DNA of 53,745 bases from a virus (lineage: Duplodnaviria; Caudoviricetes), in IMG/VR virus record IMGVR_UViG_3300029258_002378, positions 1 to 53,745 of that record; one strand, given 5' to 3'. Numbering within the stretch: the first letter of the stretch is position 1; each line of letters opens with the position of its first letter. The position numbers and the translations under genes were made by a program. The notes beneath the pieces are model-generated. The model was not told the origin of the DNA. It did not search any database and was given only the letters and a program-made list of their open reading frames with translations. Below, piece by piece: positions 18,452 through 28,094 of this stretch.

Positions 18452-20746
18452 ATGCCAAGTTTGCTGAAGGATCCTCGTTATATTCAAGCAGCTTCGTCAG
18501 TGAATGATACGTTGGCGAATGCTGCTATTCGTCACAGTGTTTATCTCGAGCACTTTAAGACGGGTGAAGTACGAAAGATAATAACACTGCTTAATCGTGA
18601 TGTCTTTCCAGACATTATCGAGAATTATGGGCGACGGCTGAGCAATATTGCTACTCGAGGATTCGACACTGGTCCAGCAACAACGCAACGTATAGCGAAC
18701 TTGGTAAAATCAACACGAGCACAGATTGGTGCTGGTGTGCAGCTCGCTGGTGGTACACTCGTTAAGGACATGAAGGATTTTGCATTAACAGAGGCAGAAT
18801 GGCAACGTGCAATCCTATCGAAATCTGTTCCTTTAGATTTGCAATTTACTCTTCCTTCTGTGCAGCAATTACGTAGCATTGTGACAGCACGTCCGATGCA
18901 GGGGGCATATATTAAACAGTGGTTCGATTCGCTTAGTAAATCGTCCCAATTGAACTTCGTTCAGCAATTGAATATTGGACTAGTGCAGGGGGAATCTGTC
19001 CAACAGTTAACACGTCGTCTTGCAAGTAAAGGGGGTGTTCTTGATCAAACACGTCGGCATATCCAAACGCATGTTCGTACAGCGGTCAACCACGTCTCAA
19101 CTCATGCACGAGAAGCAACGTATGAAGCAAACGACGATGTAATAAAAGCCGTGCAAATCGTTGCTACACTTGATGCACGAACGACTGATATCTGCATGGC
19201 GCAAGACGGGAAGACGTATCCTATTAACGAAGGATGGCGTCCACCTGGTCATCATCAATGCCGTACCACAACTGTCCCCATAACAAAAAGTTGGAAAGAG
19301 TTGGGCATTAAGGGGTTAGATGCTCCTCCTGCTGGTACACGAGCATCAATGAACGGACAAGTGCCTGCACGTCAAACGTACGGTGCGTGGTTGAAAAAGC
19401 AACCGAGAAAAGTACAGAATTCAATACTGGGCAAAGAACGAGCAGAGCTATTCCGTCAAGGCAAAGTACCGATTACAAAGTTCGTTGACCATCGGGGTAA
19501 ATCGTACACACTCGAACAACTGCGTCGGAAAGAGGGATTACGTACTGTACATGAGCAAGCACCGATCCCCACTGACCCCCTTATTTTACAGGAGGAAATT
19601 AACGATCTTCTTGCTCAGTTGCAAGTAGCGACAGATCCCAAAGTGAAGAAGCGTCTTCGTGCAGCGTTGAGGAAGCGTGGTCATAGGGGTGGCTTAAAAA
19701 AGACGACCGTTAAAAAGAAAACGAAAAAGAAGGTAACGCCTAAACCCCCCATTACATCGGATAAACCCGATATTCCAAGACGTGGTCAACCTGATCTACC
19801 CAAACTGCCCGAGCAAGCATTGACGGGCAAGCAAGTAGAAACAGAGGCACGAAAGTTGATTGCACGTCGTAACGGGTTATCTGAGGCGCAACTCAAGAAA
19901 ACTCGTGCATCGATCCGTCAACTTGAAAAGCAGCGCGATAGTATCGCTAAGCAAATTGAATCGAGGTATCTCAAAGGTGAGTTGGGGGATTTGAACGCTC
20001 AGATTAGCAGTGTTCGAGCTGGAAGAATTAGTGGGCAATTAGCGGAAAGGGTCACACAAGATTATCGCCGTGTAAATCGGGGAATGCAGGCAGAAATTAG
20101 GAGTCGCACCTCTCATATTAACGATCAAATCCAATCACTTAAGGACTCAATGCGGGTGAACATGAAAGGGGTAAAAGAGGAGATTCACGCGCTACTTCGT
20201 GTACCTTTATCTGAGCGATCATTAGTCAAAGCATTTTTTGAACGTAGCATTACTAGTCTGCATGTTCAAGAAGACATCAAAGAATCAAGCAGATGGCTTA
20301 GTAATGTCCTGTCAAAAAGGAGTGTTAAGCACGTGGGCGTAAATGCGGGGCAATTGATAACAGGGGGACGTCCATATCATAGCGTGGGAACGATTTACAT
20401 TGCTCCTGATAATGGGCTGAAAACAATCTTGCACGAAATTGGGCACTTGCTTGAGTTCCATAATCCGAAGTGGAAGCGTGCAGCGAATGCATTCTTATCC
20501 AAGCGTACAGCGGGGGAACGCGCTCAATCACTAAGAAAACTTACAGGATTATCGTATAGAGCGGATGAAGTTGCGAAACCTGATAAGTTTATTCAGGCTT
20601 ATATGGGTAAGATTTACAAATCACCATCTACTGAAATATCATCGATGGCGTTAGAAATGCTGTACGCTGACCCGGTTAAGTTATTACAAAAGGACCCGGA
20701 AATGTTCAGGTGGATTGTGGATATGTTACATGGAGTAGAGATATGA
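18452..20746 (+). CDS. MuF / SPP1-gp7-like minor head protein with long C-terminal extension ending in a HExxH metallopeptidase-like domain
   Basis: ATLDARTTDIC...PPGHHQCRT MuF motif; TILHEIGHLLE and a downstream TEISSMALE. Confidence 0.88.
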   Translation: MPSLLKDPRYIQAASSVNDTLANAAIRHSVYLEHFKTGEVRKIITLLNRDVFPDIIENYGRRLSNIATRGFDTGPATTQRIANLVKSTRAQIGAGVQLAGGTLVKDMKDFALTEAEWQRAILSKSVPLDLQFTLPSVQQLRSIVTARPMQGAYIKQWFDSLSKSSQLNFVQQLNIGLVQGESVQQLTRRLASKGGVLDQTRRHIQTHVRTAVNHVSTHAREATYEANDDVIKAVQIVATLDARTTDICMAQDGKTYPINEGWRPPGHHQCRTTTVPITKSWKELGIKGLDAPPAGTRASMNGQVPARQTYGAWLKKQPRKVQNSILGKERAELFRQGKVPITKFVDHRGKSYTLEQLRRKEGLRTVHEQAPIPTDPLILQEEINDLLAQLQVATDPKVKKRLRAALRKRGHRGGLKKTTVKKKTKKKVTPKPPITSDKPDIPRRGQPDLPKLPEQALTGKQVETEARKLIARRNGLSEAQLKKTRASIRQLEKQRDSIAKQIESRYLKGELGDLNAQISSVRAGRISGQLAERVTQDYRRVNRGMQAEIRSRTSHINDQIQSLKDSMRVNMKGVKEEIHALLRVPLSERSLVKAFFERSITSLHVQEDIKESSRWLSNVLSKRSVKHVGVNAGQLITGGRPYHSVGTIYIAPDNGLKTILHEIGHLLEFHNPKWKRAANAFLSKRTAGERAQSLRKLTGLSYRADEVAKPDKFIQAYMGKIYKSPSTEISSMALEMLYADPVKLLQKDPEMFRWIVDMLHGVEI

Positions 20747-20988
20747 GTCGCGTATCAATTGAAACTCCTCTGGGGGATGCAGTTATTGAGAACGGCCAAT
20801 GGGAATCCGAAGATAATGAGTTCCTTGAGATGGTCGAGGCGGTACAAGCATGGGTGGATGAGTTTGAATCGGTGGGGCATATTCCGGATACTGATGAATT
20901 TTCGGCGATTCGTGTTGTTAATGAACTTGGGGGTAGGGTTGTTTCGATTGGGGGAAGAGAGGAGTTTGTCAAAAACCGGGTATATTAG
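20743..20988 (+). CDS. Small acidic protein, candidate immunity partner of the MuF extension
   Basis: ATGA-coupled to muF; SD GGAG; 81 aa and acidic. Confidence 0.6.
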   Translation: MSRVSIETPLGDAVIENGQWESEDNEFLEMVEAVQAWVDEFESVGHIPDTDEFSAIRVVNELGGRVVSIGGREEFVKNRVY

Positions 20989-21063
20989 AGGGAACTTCTA
21001 GATCTTTTCTTATAAAAAAGCTGCTAGGCGTACCCCCTCGATATAAAATTTACGCCGTCCAAT

Positions 21064-21139
21064 AGATTGCGAGAGGCAATCTTGATTTCATAAACCCGAA
21101 CGGTAAATGAGATGTTTACCAGTCCAAAGGCGAGATGCC
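21064..21139 (+). promoter_or_regulatory. Three tandem stem-loops with GAGA(G/T) pentaloops in the scaffold 5' leader
   Basis: AGATTGC-GAGAG-GCAATCT, GGTAAAT-GAGAT-GTTTACC and GGC-GAGAT-GCC; the last abuts the SD GAGGAG. Confidence 0.7.
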
Positions 21140-21152
21140 GAGGAGTAACACA

Positions 21153-21914
21153 ATGGCCCTTATTCCTGTGATTGACCAAGAGGCGTATGATGCTTTGAAC
21201 GAGACGATCAAAGCGGAGTACAAATCGAACGATGGCGGCAATTTCATCTTAGATGTAACGCCGACAAATGGATTTGAGTTGCGTGATACTAGTGCTCTTC
21301 AAAAGGCACTTGGCGAAGAGCGAACGGCGCGGCGAGCTGCTGAGACAGCAGTCAAAGCGTTCGGTGACATTACCGCTGAAGAAGCGCGAGAGGCGATTCA
21401 GAAGGCGAAGAATGCAAAAGCTCCGAAGGACGTAGACGAGGCGGTTCAGTCCGCGCTCGCTGAAGCACGAACTCGCCACGAAAGTGAAACGAAAAGCAAA
21501 GACGATCGAATCACTGCACTGACGAGGCAACTTGAAACTGCGCTCATCACAAGCGAAGCGACAAAGGCGATTGTGGAAAACGGTGGTTCGGTGGATCTGC
21601 TACTTCCGCATGTTAAGTCGTCAACTCGTATGAGAGAAGGCGATGATGGTAAAGTCGTAGTCGAAGTACTTGATGGAAACGGCAATGCTCGTTTTAACGC
21701 GGAAGGCAACCTTCTTTCGATTGGTGAAAAAGTCGGCGAAATGAAGGGTGTAGATGCATATGCACCGGCGTTCAAAGGGACTGGTTCCGCTGGGAGCGGA
21801 GCTGGCAGTCAGGACAGTACAGGCGCAAATAGTGCCGGTATTAAAACCGGTAGCGCTGACTTTCAGAAATTGCCCCCCTCCGAACGTCTCAAAGCAGCGC
21901 GGAGGCAAGGGTAG
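21153..21914 (+). CDS. Capsid scaffolding protein
   Basis: Coiled-coil protein directly before the MCP; ALQKAL.EER and FKGTGSAGSG patterns; SD GAGGAG. Confidence 0.85.
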   Translation: MALIPVIDQEAYDALNETIKAEYKSNDGGNFILDVTPTNGFELRDTSALQKALGEERTARRAAETAVKAFGDITAEEAREAIQKAKNAKAPKDVDEAVQSALAEARTRHESETKSKDDRITALTRQLETALITSEATKAIVENGGSVDLLLPHVKSSTRMREGDDGKVVVEVLDGNGNARFNAEGNLLSIGEKVGEMKGVDAYAPAFKGTGSAGSGAGSQDSTGANSAGIKTGSADFQKLPPSERLKAARRQG

Positions 21915-21937
21915 AAGTAGTCGAAAGGAAAACATCC

Positions 21938-22867
21938 ATGGCGCTCACGCTTGTTGAAGCTGCGAAGCTCCACTCTGGCGACGTTGTTCGGTCAGCAGTG
22001 ATTGAAGTATATGCCCGTTCTTCGGATATTCTTCGTGTACTCCCGTTTGACAACATCCCCGGCAATGCGCTTCGTTACAATCAAGAGCAGACGCTTCCCG
22101 GCATCGGTTTTCGTGGTGTGAATGAGGGATACACGGAGGCAACCGGTATCATCAATCCCGTTACGGAATCGCTTGTGATCGCTGGCGGTGATTTGGACGT
22201 GGACAAGTTCATCGTCCGTACGATGGGCGTAGACCAGCGTTCAACACAAGAAGTGATGAAGATCAAGTCGCTCGCCCATCGCTGGACGAAGACATTCCTC
22301 AAAGGTGATACGGCATCGGCAGTTAAGGAGTTTGACGGACTTCAGGTTCGTCTCGTTGGCAATCAGTTGATTAACGCTGGATCGACTTCGGGTGGCGATG
22401 CTTTGTCACTGGCGAAACTCGATGAACTTATTGACGCAGTAAATGATCCGTCTTATCTGATTATGAATAAGACGATGCGCCGCCGTTTGTCAGCAGCGGC
22501 TCGTTCTTCATCTGTAGGCGGTTACATCACGTATGAACTGGATGAGTTTGGCCGTCGAGTAACTAAATACAACGATCTGGACATCTTGATCGCTGATGAA
22601 GACGAGACGGGTACACAGATCTTGCCGTTCACGGAGGCCAACCCCGGTGGTGGAGCTGCTGCGTCAACGTCGATCTATTGTATCTCAGTCGGCGAGCAGA
22701 AACTCAGTGGTATTCAGAACGATACGATCGAAGCGGAGGATCTTGGTGAACTCGACACCAAGCCGTGTTACCGTACTCGTGTCGAATGGTACAATGGTAT
22801 TACTGTTTACCACCCGAAGGCTGCCGCTCGTCTGAATGGAATCAAGAATGCGGCTGTTAGTGCATAA
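21938..22867 (+). CDS. Major capsid protein (HK97 fold)
   Basis: MALTLVEAAK start, FRGVNEGY, GGDLDVDKF, EFDGL and AARLNGI motifs. Confidence 0.92.
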   Translation: MALTLVEAAKLHSGDVVRSAVIEVYARSSDILRVLPFDNIPGNALRYNQEQTLPGIGFRGVNEGYTEATGIINPVTESLVIAGGDLDVDKFIVRTMGVDQRSTQEVMKIKSLAHRWTKTFLKGDTASAVKEFDGLQVRLVGNQLINAGSTSGGDALSLAKLDELIDAVNDPSYLIMNKTMRRRLSAAARSSSVGGYITYELDEFGRRVTKYNDLDILIADEDETGTQILPFTEANPGGGAAASTSIYCISVGEQKLSGIQNDTIEAEDLGELDTKPCYRTRVEWYNGITVYHPKAAARLNGIKNAAVSA

Positions 22868-22943
22868 CATCAACTGAGCGGCATATCCACTGAACATGGG
22901 CTGTTTAGTTTGATTATCGTCTAAACCGTAGGAGGTTTTTCAA

Positions 22944-23204
22944 GTGACGACAACCATCAAAACTACTTCGATTGCAGTTGATAGCGGGGGCTCCAAGAAA
23001 GAGCGACAAGTGGCGGCTGCTACGACATTCTCGCCGCTTACAATTACATGGACAACTGCTGAACCTACGACAGGTGATGCGCTCACGATTGCGGACGGGG
23101 CGACTCCGACCGTGGCGGAGCTTGGGTCTTTTGCGGCTTGCATTACGCCGAAAGTGAACGCTCTTCTTGCGGCATGTAAGGCGCATGGCATTATTGCCGA
23201 ATAA
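22944..23204 (+). CDS. Small virion protein (head fibre/decoration-like)
   Basis: SD AGGAGG; C-terminal KVNALLAACKAHGII resembles head-fibre ends. Confidence 0.6.
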   Translation: MTTTIKTTSIAVDSGGSKKERQVAAATTFSPLTITWTTAEPTTGDALTIADGATPTVAELGSFAACITPKVNALLAACKAHGIIAE

Positions 23205-23266
23205 TGGAACTAGTCCTCGGCATTGTGACTGAAACTAATACCGCAATCCCTTAGGAGATTTAAACA

Positions 23267-23725
23267 ATGGGATCCAAAGCGGACATGAACTTCACATTTG
23301 ACAGTGATCTCGAATTGAAGGACGCCGGTCTTGTCGCGGCATCCGCGGCAGCGACTGTTAACGGTTCAGCGCAAATCCTTGATCTGGGTGATGCGTTGAT
23401 GCAAGGCATGGTTGTTATCGAGGTCAGTGCGATCGAAATTGCCTCCAACGACGAGGCGTACACAATTGTAGCTCAGTTCTCGTCTGATGCTGACTTCGGA
23501 ACTGCCGGGAACATTCACGATATGTGTCAAATGCATCTTGGCGCCAAAGAGACGAAGCTGAGTGACTGTGATAAAGACGATGAGGCTGGACGCTATCTGT
23601 TGCCCGTTCAGAATTGGGAGGATGGCACATACTACCGTTATATGCGGCTTTATACCGTAGTTGCTGGCACCATCGCCTCGGGTATCAACTATCGGGCATT
23701 CCTGTCGAAAGGAAGTCTTCAGTAG
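23267..23725 (+). CDS. Capsid cement/decoration protein (jelly-roll type)
   Basis: Lies after the MCP; ILDLG...YRYMRLYTVVAG pattern; SD AGGAG. Confidence 0.65.
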   Translation: MGSKADMNFTFDSDLELKDAGLVAASAAATVNGSAQILDLGDALMQGMVVIEVSAIEIASNDEAYTIVAQFSSDADFGTAGNIHDMCQMHLGAKETKLSDCDKDDEAGRYLLPVQNWEDGTYYRYMRLYTVVAGTIASGINYRAFLSKGSLQ

Positions 23726-23768
23726 TTGATGACCTCTATGTTTCTCGTAAATAAGGAGTGGGGATTGC

Positions 23769-24320
23769 ATGAGTAATCCCCCCTCCCTTTTACCCACTGA
23801 CGGAGTTTTTGATATGATTACACAAGATCACGTTGGTCCGGACGGTAAAGTATCGATGACGTACATCGGTGAAGACGCCAAACCGAACCAAGACCCGATT
23901 CGTGTATGGCCTGTGGACGCTAACGAGATGTTACGTTCTGGGCATTACAAACTTACTGAAGGTACTGTAAGTGTCCCCCTTCCGCCGATTATTCCGACGT
24001 TCAAAACCTTGATGACGAAAGCGCACGGTGACCTTATCGAAATGGCGGCATTGGGGGGTGTTCCTGGCGTTACAAAAACATCAGCAAAAGAGGAAATCGC
24101 TAACGCCATCATTAATCACTTTGCCATCAAGATGGGGTTTGGCCCACAACACCCTCAAGGATCTATGGCCGAAGATACTGATGAAATTTCGGCCCCAGCA
24201 GCACCATCGAAAAAGGTGGGAAAGGAAACCACCAAGAAACGTGGTCGTCGTGCAACGAACGGTAACAAGGGCACCGACACTAATGAAAATGAAGAAGGAT
24301 CTGATGACCCCCGGACGTGA
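23769..24320 (+). CDS. Hypothetical protein
   Basis: SD AAGGAG; short helix-extension-helix-like segment and a K-rich tail. Confidence 0.7.
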   Translation: MSNPPSLLPTDGVFDMITQDHVGPDGKVSMTYIGEDAKPNQDPIRVWPVDANEMLRSGHYKLTEGTVSVPLPPIIPTFKTLMTKAHGDLIEMAALGGVPGVTKTSAKEEIANAIINHFAIKMGFGPQHPQGSMAEDTDEISAPAAPSKKVGKETTKKRGRRATNGNKGTDTNENEEGSDDPRT

Positions 24321-24424
24321 AGTAAGTTCGCGAGCTGTGTCAGTGGGTCCTGTGGGTGTGCCTCGCAGTCCATGACAAGGCACGATGGGTGGCGGGGTTC
24401 TTTTTATAAGGACGAGGAACCACT

Positions 24425-24667
24425 ATGAGTAATGAACTTGGCGAAAGACTTATTGAGCTCGATGGTCCTGGGGGACGTCGGGTTATTACACTAGAAGAGT
24501 ATCATCGGCGGTACAAGTCGAACGTAAAATATCGTCTTGCTAATCCGTCGGACTACAACGACGATTACAAAGACGGTATTCCCGACATTCCCGCTGCCAT
24601 CAAAGTTGAGGATAACTTTGATGAGTTTGATGCGTTTGAAGAAGACGAAAACGACGAGGAGCCGTAG
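24425..24667 (+). CDS. Hypothetical acidic protein
   Basis: SD GAGGA; 80 aa. Confidence 0.65.
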   Translation: MSNELGERLIELDGPGGRRVITLEEYHRRYKSNVKYRLANPSDYNDDYKDGIPDIPAAIKVEDNFDEFDAFEEDENDEEP

Positions 24668-24669
24668 CT

Positions 24670-25188
24670 ATGGCATTGGTCGTCGAAGATGGCACTGGGA
24701 AGAGCGACGCCGACAGTTACCTTTCGGAGACGGATGCCGATACGTACCATACGAAATACACAGGCTCAACCGATTGGTCGGGGGCATCAAGTAGTGAGAA
24801 AGAAATGGCGCTGCGAAAGGCGACTCAGTATCTTGATGCAGTGTATGGTCGACGTTGGAAAGGCGTCCGAGCGAATGAAGCTCAAGCGTTGCATTGGCCT
24901 CGCAGCAATGCGGAAGATCGAGATGGTGTTGCAATCGATGACGACGATCTGCCTGTGATGCTTGAGCGTGCAACTGCTGAAGCAGCGCTTCGTGCAATTA
25001 CTGAAACGAATGGACTTATGCCCGACATCTCTGATCCTGGTGACATCAAACGGGAGAAGAAAAAGTTGGATGTGATTGAAAAAGACACCGAATACATGGG
25101 AGGAAAATCTCCGATCAAGAAGTTCAGAGTCATTGACTTGCTTGTTGGTGATTTAATCGAAGACCGTGGCGTATTGTCAAGGATGTAA
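24670..25188 (+). CDS. Head-tail adaptor (DnaT-like family)
   Basis: MALVVEDGTG..DADSY start and QALHWPR motif. Confidence 0.85.
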   Translation: MALVVEDGTGKSDADSYLSETDADTYHTKYTGSTDWSGASSSEKEMALRKATQYLDAVYGRRWKGVRANEAQALHWPRSNAEDRDGVAIDDDDLPVMLERATAEAALRAITETNGLMPDISDPGDIKREKKKLDVIEKDTEYMGGKSPIKKFRVIDLLVGDLIEDRGVLSRM

Positions 25189-25191
25189 ACC

Positions 25192-25572
25192 ATGACCGAC
25201 CTCGATGATGAATTTCTTCCCCTTATTAAGGAAATGATCGAGGAAGATGGTGTGCAAAGGCACTTTGTTGTGGATGGGTCAACGTCATATAATCCGGACA
25301 CTCGAAAAGTAACGCACACTGATCCCGTCAATACGTCATGGTGGACGACGCCGCTACTTCAGTATAAGCAGCATTTGATTGACGGAGATACGATACAACG
25401 TGGTGACGTGAAAATTTACATTGCCGCAAAGGATCTAACATTCACCCCCACTGTCGGGATGAAAGTCAAGCCGACTGATAGTGTTGATCCAATTTATCGT
25501 ATCGTTGAAGCAAGCCCTATTCATTCGGGCGAATCAGTTGCTGCTTGGCGGATTCAACTTCGAGCTGCGTAA
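25192..25572 (+). CDS. Head closure protein
   Basis: LIDGDTIQRGDVK and W.IQLR motifs; synteny. Confidence 0.75.
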   Translation: MTDLDDEFLPLIKEMIEEDGVQRHFVVDGSTSYNPDTRKVTHTDPVNTSWWTTPLLQYKQHLIDGDTIQRGDVKIYIAAKDLTFTPTVGMKVKPTDSVDPIYRIVEASPIHSGESVAAWRIQLRAA

Positions 25573-25976
25573 TGCCGACAAATGTGAGACAGTTTAATCG
25601 TGCAGTTACTAAGTTCGCGGAGACGATGCTCCCGTATCAAGTCAAGTTGTTTACTAAGAAAGTGGCACTTGATACACTTACGCGAATTGTCCGAAAAACT
25701 CCTGTAGATACAGGGCGAGCACGAGGTAACTGGCAAATTACAATCAACACGGCATCCGAAAGTGAGGTTAACAACGTAGCAGGTAGTGGAATTTCAGACG
25801 TTGTGTCACAAGGACGAGTAGCGCTTGAGAACATGGAACCTTTTTCAATTGTGTTCATCTCGAATAATGTTCCATACATTGCTTATCTAGAACAAGGATC
25901 AAGTAGTCAAGCGCCACAAGGGATGGTGGCAACAACAATTGAGGAAATGAATCAAATCTTTGCTCGTATTGTGTAG
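25572..25976 (+). CDS. HK97 gp10-like neck/tail completion protein
   Basis: TPVDTGRARGNW, NNVPYIAYLEQG and QAPQGMV motifs. Confidence 0.88.
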   Translation: MPTNVRQFNRAVTKFAETMLPYQVKLFTKKVALDTLTRIVRKTPVDTGRARGNWQITINTASESEVNNVAGSGISDVVSQGRVALENMEPFSIVFISNNVPYIAYLEQGSSSQAPQGMVATTIEEMNQIFARIV

Positions 25977-25987
25977 GGCGAGATACA

Positions 25988-26437
25988 ATGGCCGATACTT
26001 GGCTAGCCGACATTTCAAAGGCAATTTCGAGTCGATTTCAAGATGAAGTTATTGATGGTAATTATCCATCGAACCTGACTGTCATCTACGATAACGATCC
26101 GACACAGCCGCCAACTGCTGAAACTGCGTTACTAGCTGGGGATGTGTCGGCGTGGTGTCGTGTATCAATTCGTCCTGCTAATACGGAGCAAATAACGATT
26201 GGTGCTCCCTCAACAAACCGATTCAGACATACTGGTGTTATGATTTGCCAGTGCTTCTGTCCGATACATGAGGGCGATGCTACTGTCCTCAAAGTTGCTG
26301 ACGTTATAGCGAAAGCATTTCGTGCAGCGACAGAAGATGGCGTCCGGTATAGGACACCCCGAATTGAAGTTATTGGTCGAGTTGATAAGTGGTGGCAAGT
26401 GAATGTCACTTGTCCTTGGCAATCAAATAAGGAGTAA
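25988..26437 (+). CDS. Tail terminator protein
   Basis: WCRVSI, G.MICQCF.P...G and WWQVNVTCPW patterns; directly before the tail tube gene. Confidence 0.8.
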   Translation: MADTWLADISKAISSRFQDEVIDGNYPSNLTVIYDNDPTQPPTAETALLAGDVSAWCRVSIRPANTEQITIGAPSTNRFRHTGVMICQCFCPIHEGDATVLKVADVIAKAFRAATEDGVRYRTPRIEVIGRVDKWWQVNVTCPWQSNKE

Positions 26438-26443
26438 CATCGT

Positions 26444-27598
26444 ATGGCTGAAGCGGACCAGATTCAAATATCATATGTGGAAGAGTCAACGTTTGGCGTA
26501 ACTCCTGAATCCAATCTGCAAATCATCCGTGTAACTGGTGAAGATCTCGGGGGTGATATCGATACAGCAGAAAGCGCAGAAATTACAGGAGATCGCCAAA
26601 AGAGTCGTGTCGCTCGAACTGGGGTAGCGGCATCCGGTTCCGTCAATGTCGAATTATCTTATGGTACATTCGATGACTGGCTTGCCGCTGCATTACTTGC
26701 TGCTGAATGGTCGTCTGAAACGACTGTGTTATCAGCGGGGACAGCTAGTGCTGCTGAATCAGGGAATAAGTTCACTCATACGGTAGCATGGACAGCGACA
26801 CCATCTGCCGGTCAGTGGATCGAAGTTCGTGGATTCACGACTGCTGGGAACAATGGGTATTTCAAAGTTGCAAGTGCAAGTAGTACAGAGATTGTGGTTG
26901 AGGGTGGAACGCTTGCCGACGAAGCAAGTGTAGAAGGTGTCACCATTACTCAGGCGGCACAAATCGTCAATGGAACTACCAAGACGTCATTTGCTATTGA
27001 GAAACTGTACTCTGATCTTGCCGGTACAGTAATCTCGATGCTTCACGGCATGATGATCGACACGATGGACGTAAGCATCAGTGCAGATGCGTACATTAAT
27101 GGAACATTCAACTTCATAGGCAAGAATGAATCATCCGAAGAGTCGTCTGAGGGTAGTGGTTACACGGCTGCAACCACCGAGGATGCAATGGCGGCGGTGG
27201 ATGATGTCGTGGCAATTTACGAGAATATGAGTTCAGTACAGCTTATTGAACTATCGTTCTCGTTAGGCAACAATCTTCGTCCAAAGAATGTAATCGGGAC
27301 AGCGGGTCCAATTGGAATCAACGCCGGTAGCATTACGCTAACTGGTACTGTGCAAATGTACTTTGAGAGTGCAACTGTCCTCAACAAATTCATCGATTTT
27401 ACCTCCAGTCGATTGGCAGTCGTTACTGAAGATACAGACGGTAACGCTGTCATTTTCGAGTTTCCGGAAATCAAATACACATCTGGTCGTCGTGTGGCTG
27501 GGGGGCAAAACACTGACATTATTGCGGATTTGGGGTTTACAGCATATGAGGATCCCACTGAAAATGTGACGATCCGCATTGCCAAATTCGCTGCGTAA
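26444..27598 (+). CDS. Major tail tube protein (with inserted domain)
   Basis: YVEESTFGVTP, ESAEI.GDR, ELSYGTFD and LTGTVQMYF motifs. Confidence 0.88.
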   Translation: MAEADQIQISYVEESTFGVTPESNLQIIRVTGEDLGGDIDTAESAEITGDRQKSRVARTGVAASGSVNVELSYGTFDDWLAAALLAAEWSSETTVLSAGTASAAESGNKFTHTVAWTATPSAGQWIEVRGFTTAGNNGYFKVASASSTEIVVEGGTLADEASVEGVTITQAAQIVNGTTKTSFAIEKLYSDLAGTVISMLHGMMIDTMDVSISADAYINGTFNFIGKNESSEESSEGSGYTAATTEDAMAAVDDVVAIYENMSSVQLIELSFSLGNNLRPKNVIGTAGPIGINAGSITLTGTVQMYFESATVLNKFIDFTSSRLAVVTEDTDGNAVIFEFPEIKYTSGRRVAGGQNTDIIADLGFTAYEDPTENVTIRIAKFAA

Positions 27599-27612
27599 CA
27601 ACTTGGGGACCT

Positions 27613-27661
27613 GGGATGCGTCGAATGTGTGCTCGGCGCATCCCCTTCTTTCCCCTTTTTC
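27613..27661 (+). terminator. Rho-independent terminator candidate after the tail tube gene
   Basis: GGGATGCGTCGA...TCGGCGCATCCC stem followed by a pyrimidine tract. Confidence 0.55.
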
Positions 27662-27680
27662 ACTGACACGGAGATAATAG

Positions 27681-28094
27681 ATGCCCTTACCATTGTCGAA
27701 GTTTCGATCTAACCCAGTGAAATCTGAGGAAGGCGTATGGATTGAATACCCCGAAGAGGGGTTTGCGCTGAAGATTGCCCGTATGGGTAACGCGAAATAC
27801 ACGCAAGAGATCGTATCCATGCGCCGGGGTAAACAAATCGCCAGTCCGCTTGTCGAAGAGATTTCGCCAAGTGCAGTTGAGGCGATCCAAATGAAAGCGA
27901 TGGCAAAACACATCCTTCTTGATTGGAGGGGGATCACGGACGACAACGGTGAGGAAATCCCGTTTAGTCCAGAAAAAGCGTATGAGATCATCTCTGATCC
28001 ACAATACCGTGACTTTTATACGCTTGTTCAAACGCTCGCTGCTGATGCAAAGAATTTCCTTGATGAAGCTGAGGGCGTGGATGAGGGAAACTGA
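27681..28094 (+). CDS. Tail assembly chaperone (G)
   Basis: EEGVW, KIARMGN and ILLDWRG motifs; ends in the slippery site G GGA AAC TGA. Confidence 0.85.
   Translation: MPLPLSKFRSNPVKSEEGVWIEYPEEGFALKIARMGNAKYTQEIVSMRRGKQIASPLVEEISPSAVEAIQMKAMAKHILLDWRGITDDNGEEIPFSPEKAYEIISDPQYRDFYTLVQTLAADAKNFLDEAEGVDEGN
28085..28091 (+). other. -1 programmed ribosomal frameshift slippery heptamer GGGAAAC
   Basis: X XXY YYZ heptamer immediately before the stop; the -1 frame is open and joins ORF 28115..28510. Confidence 0.85.
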
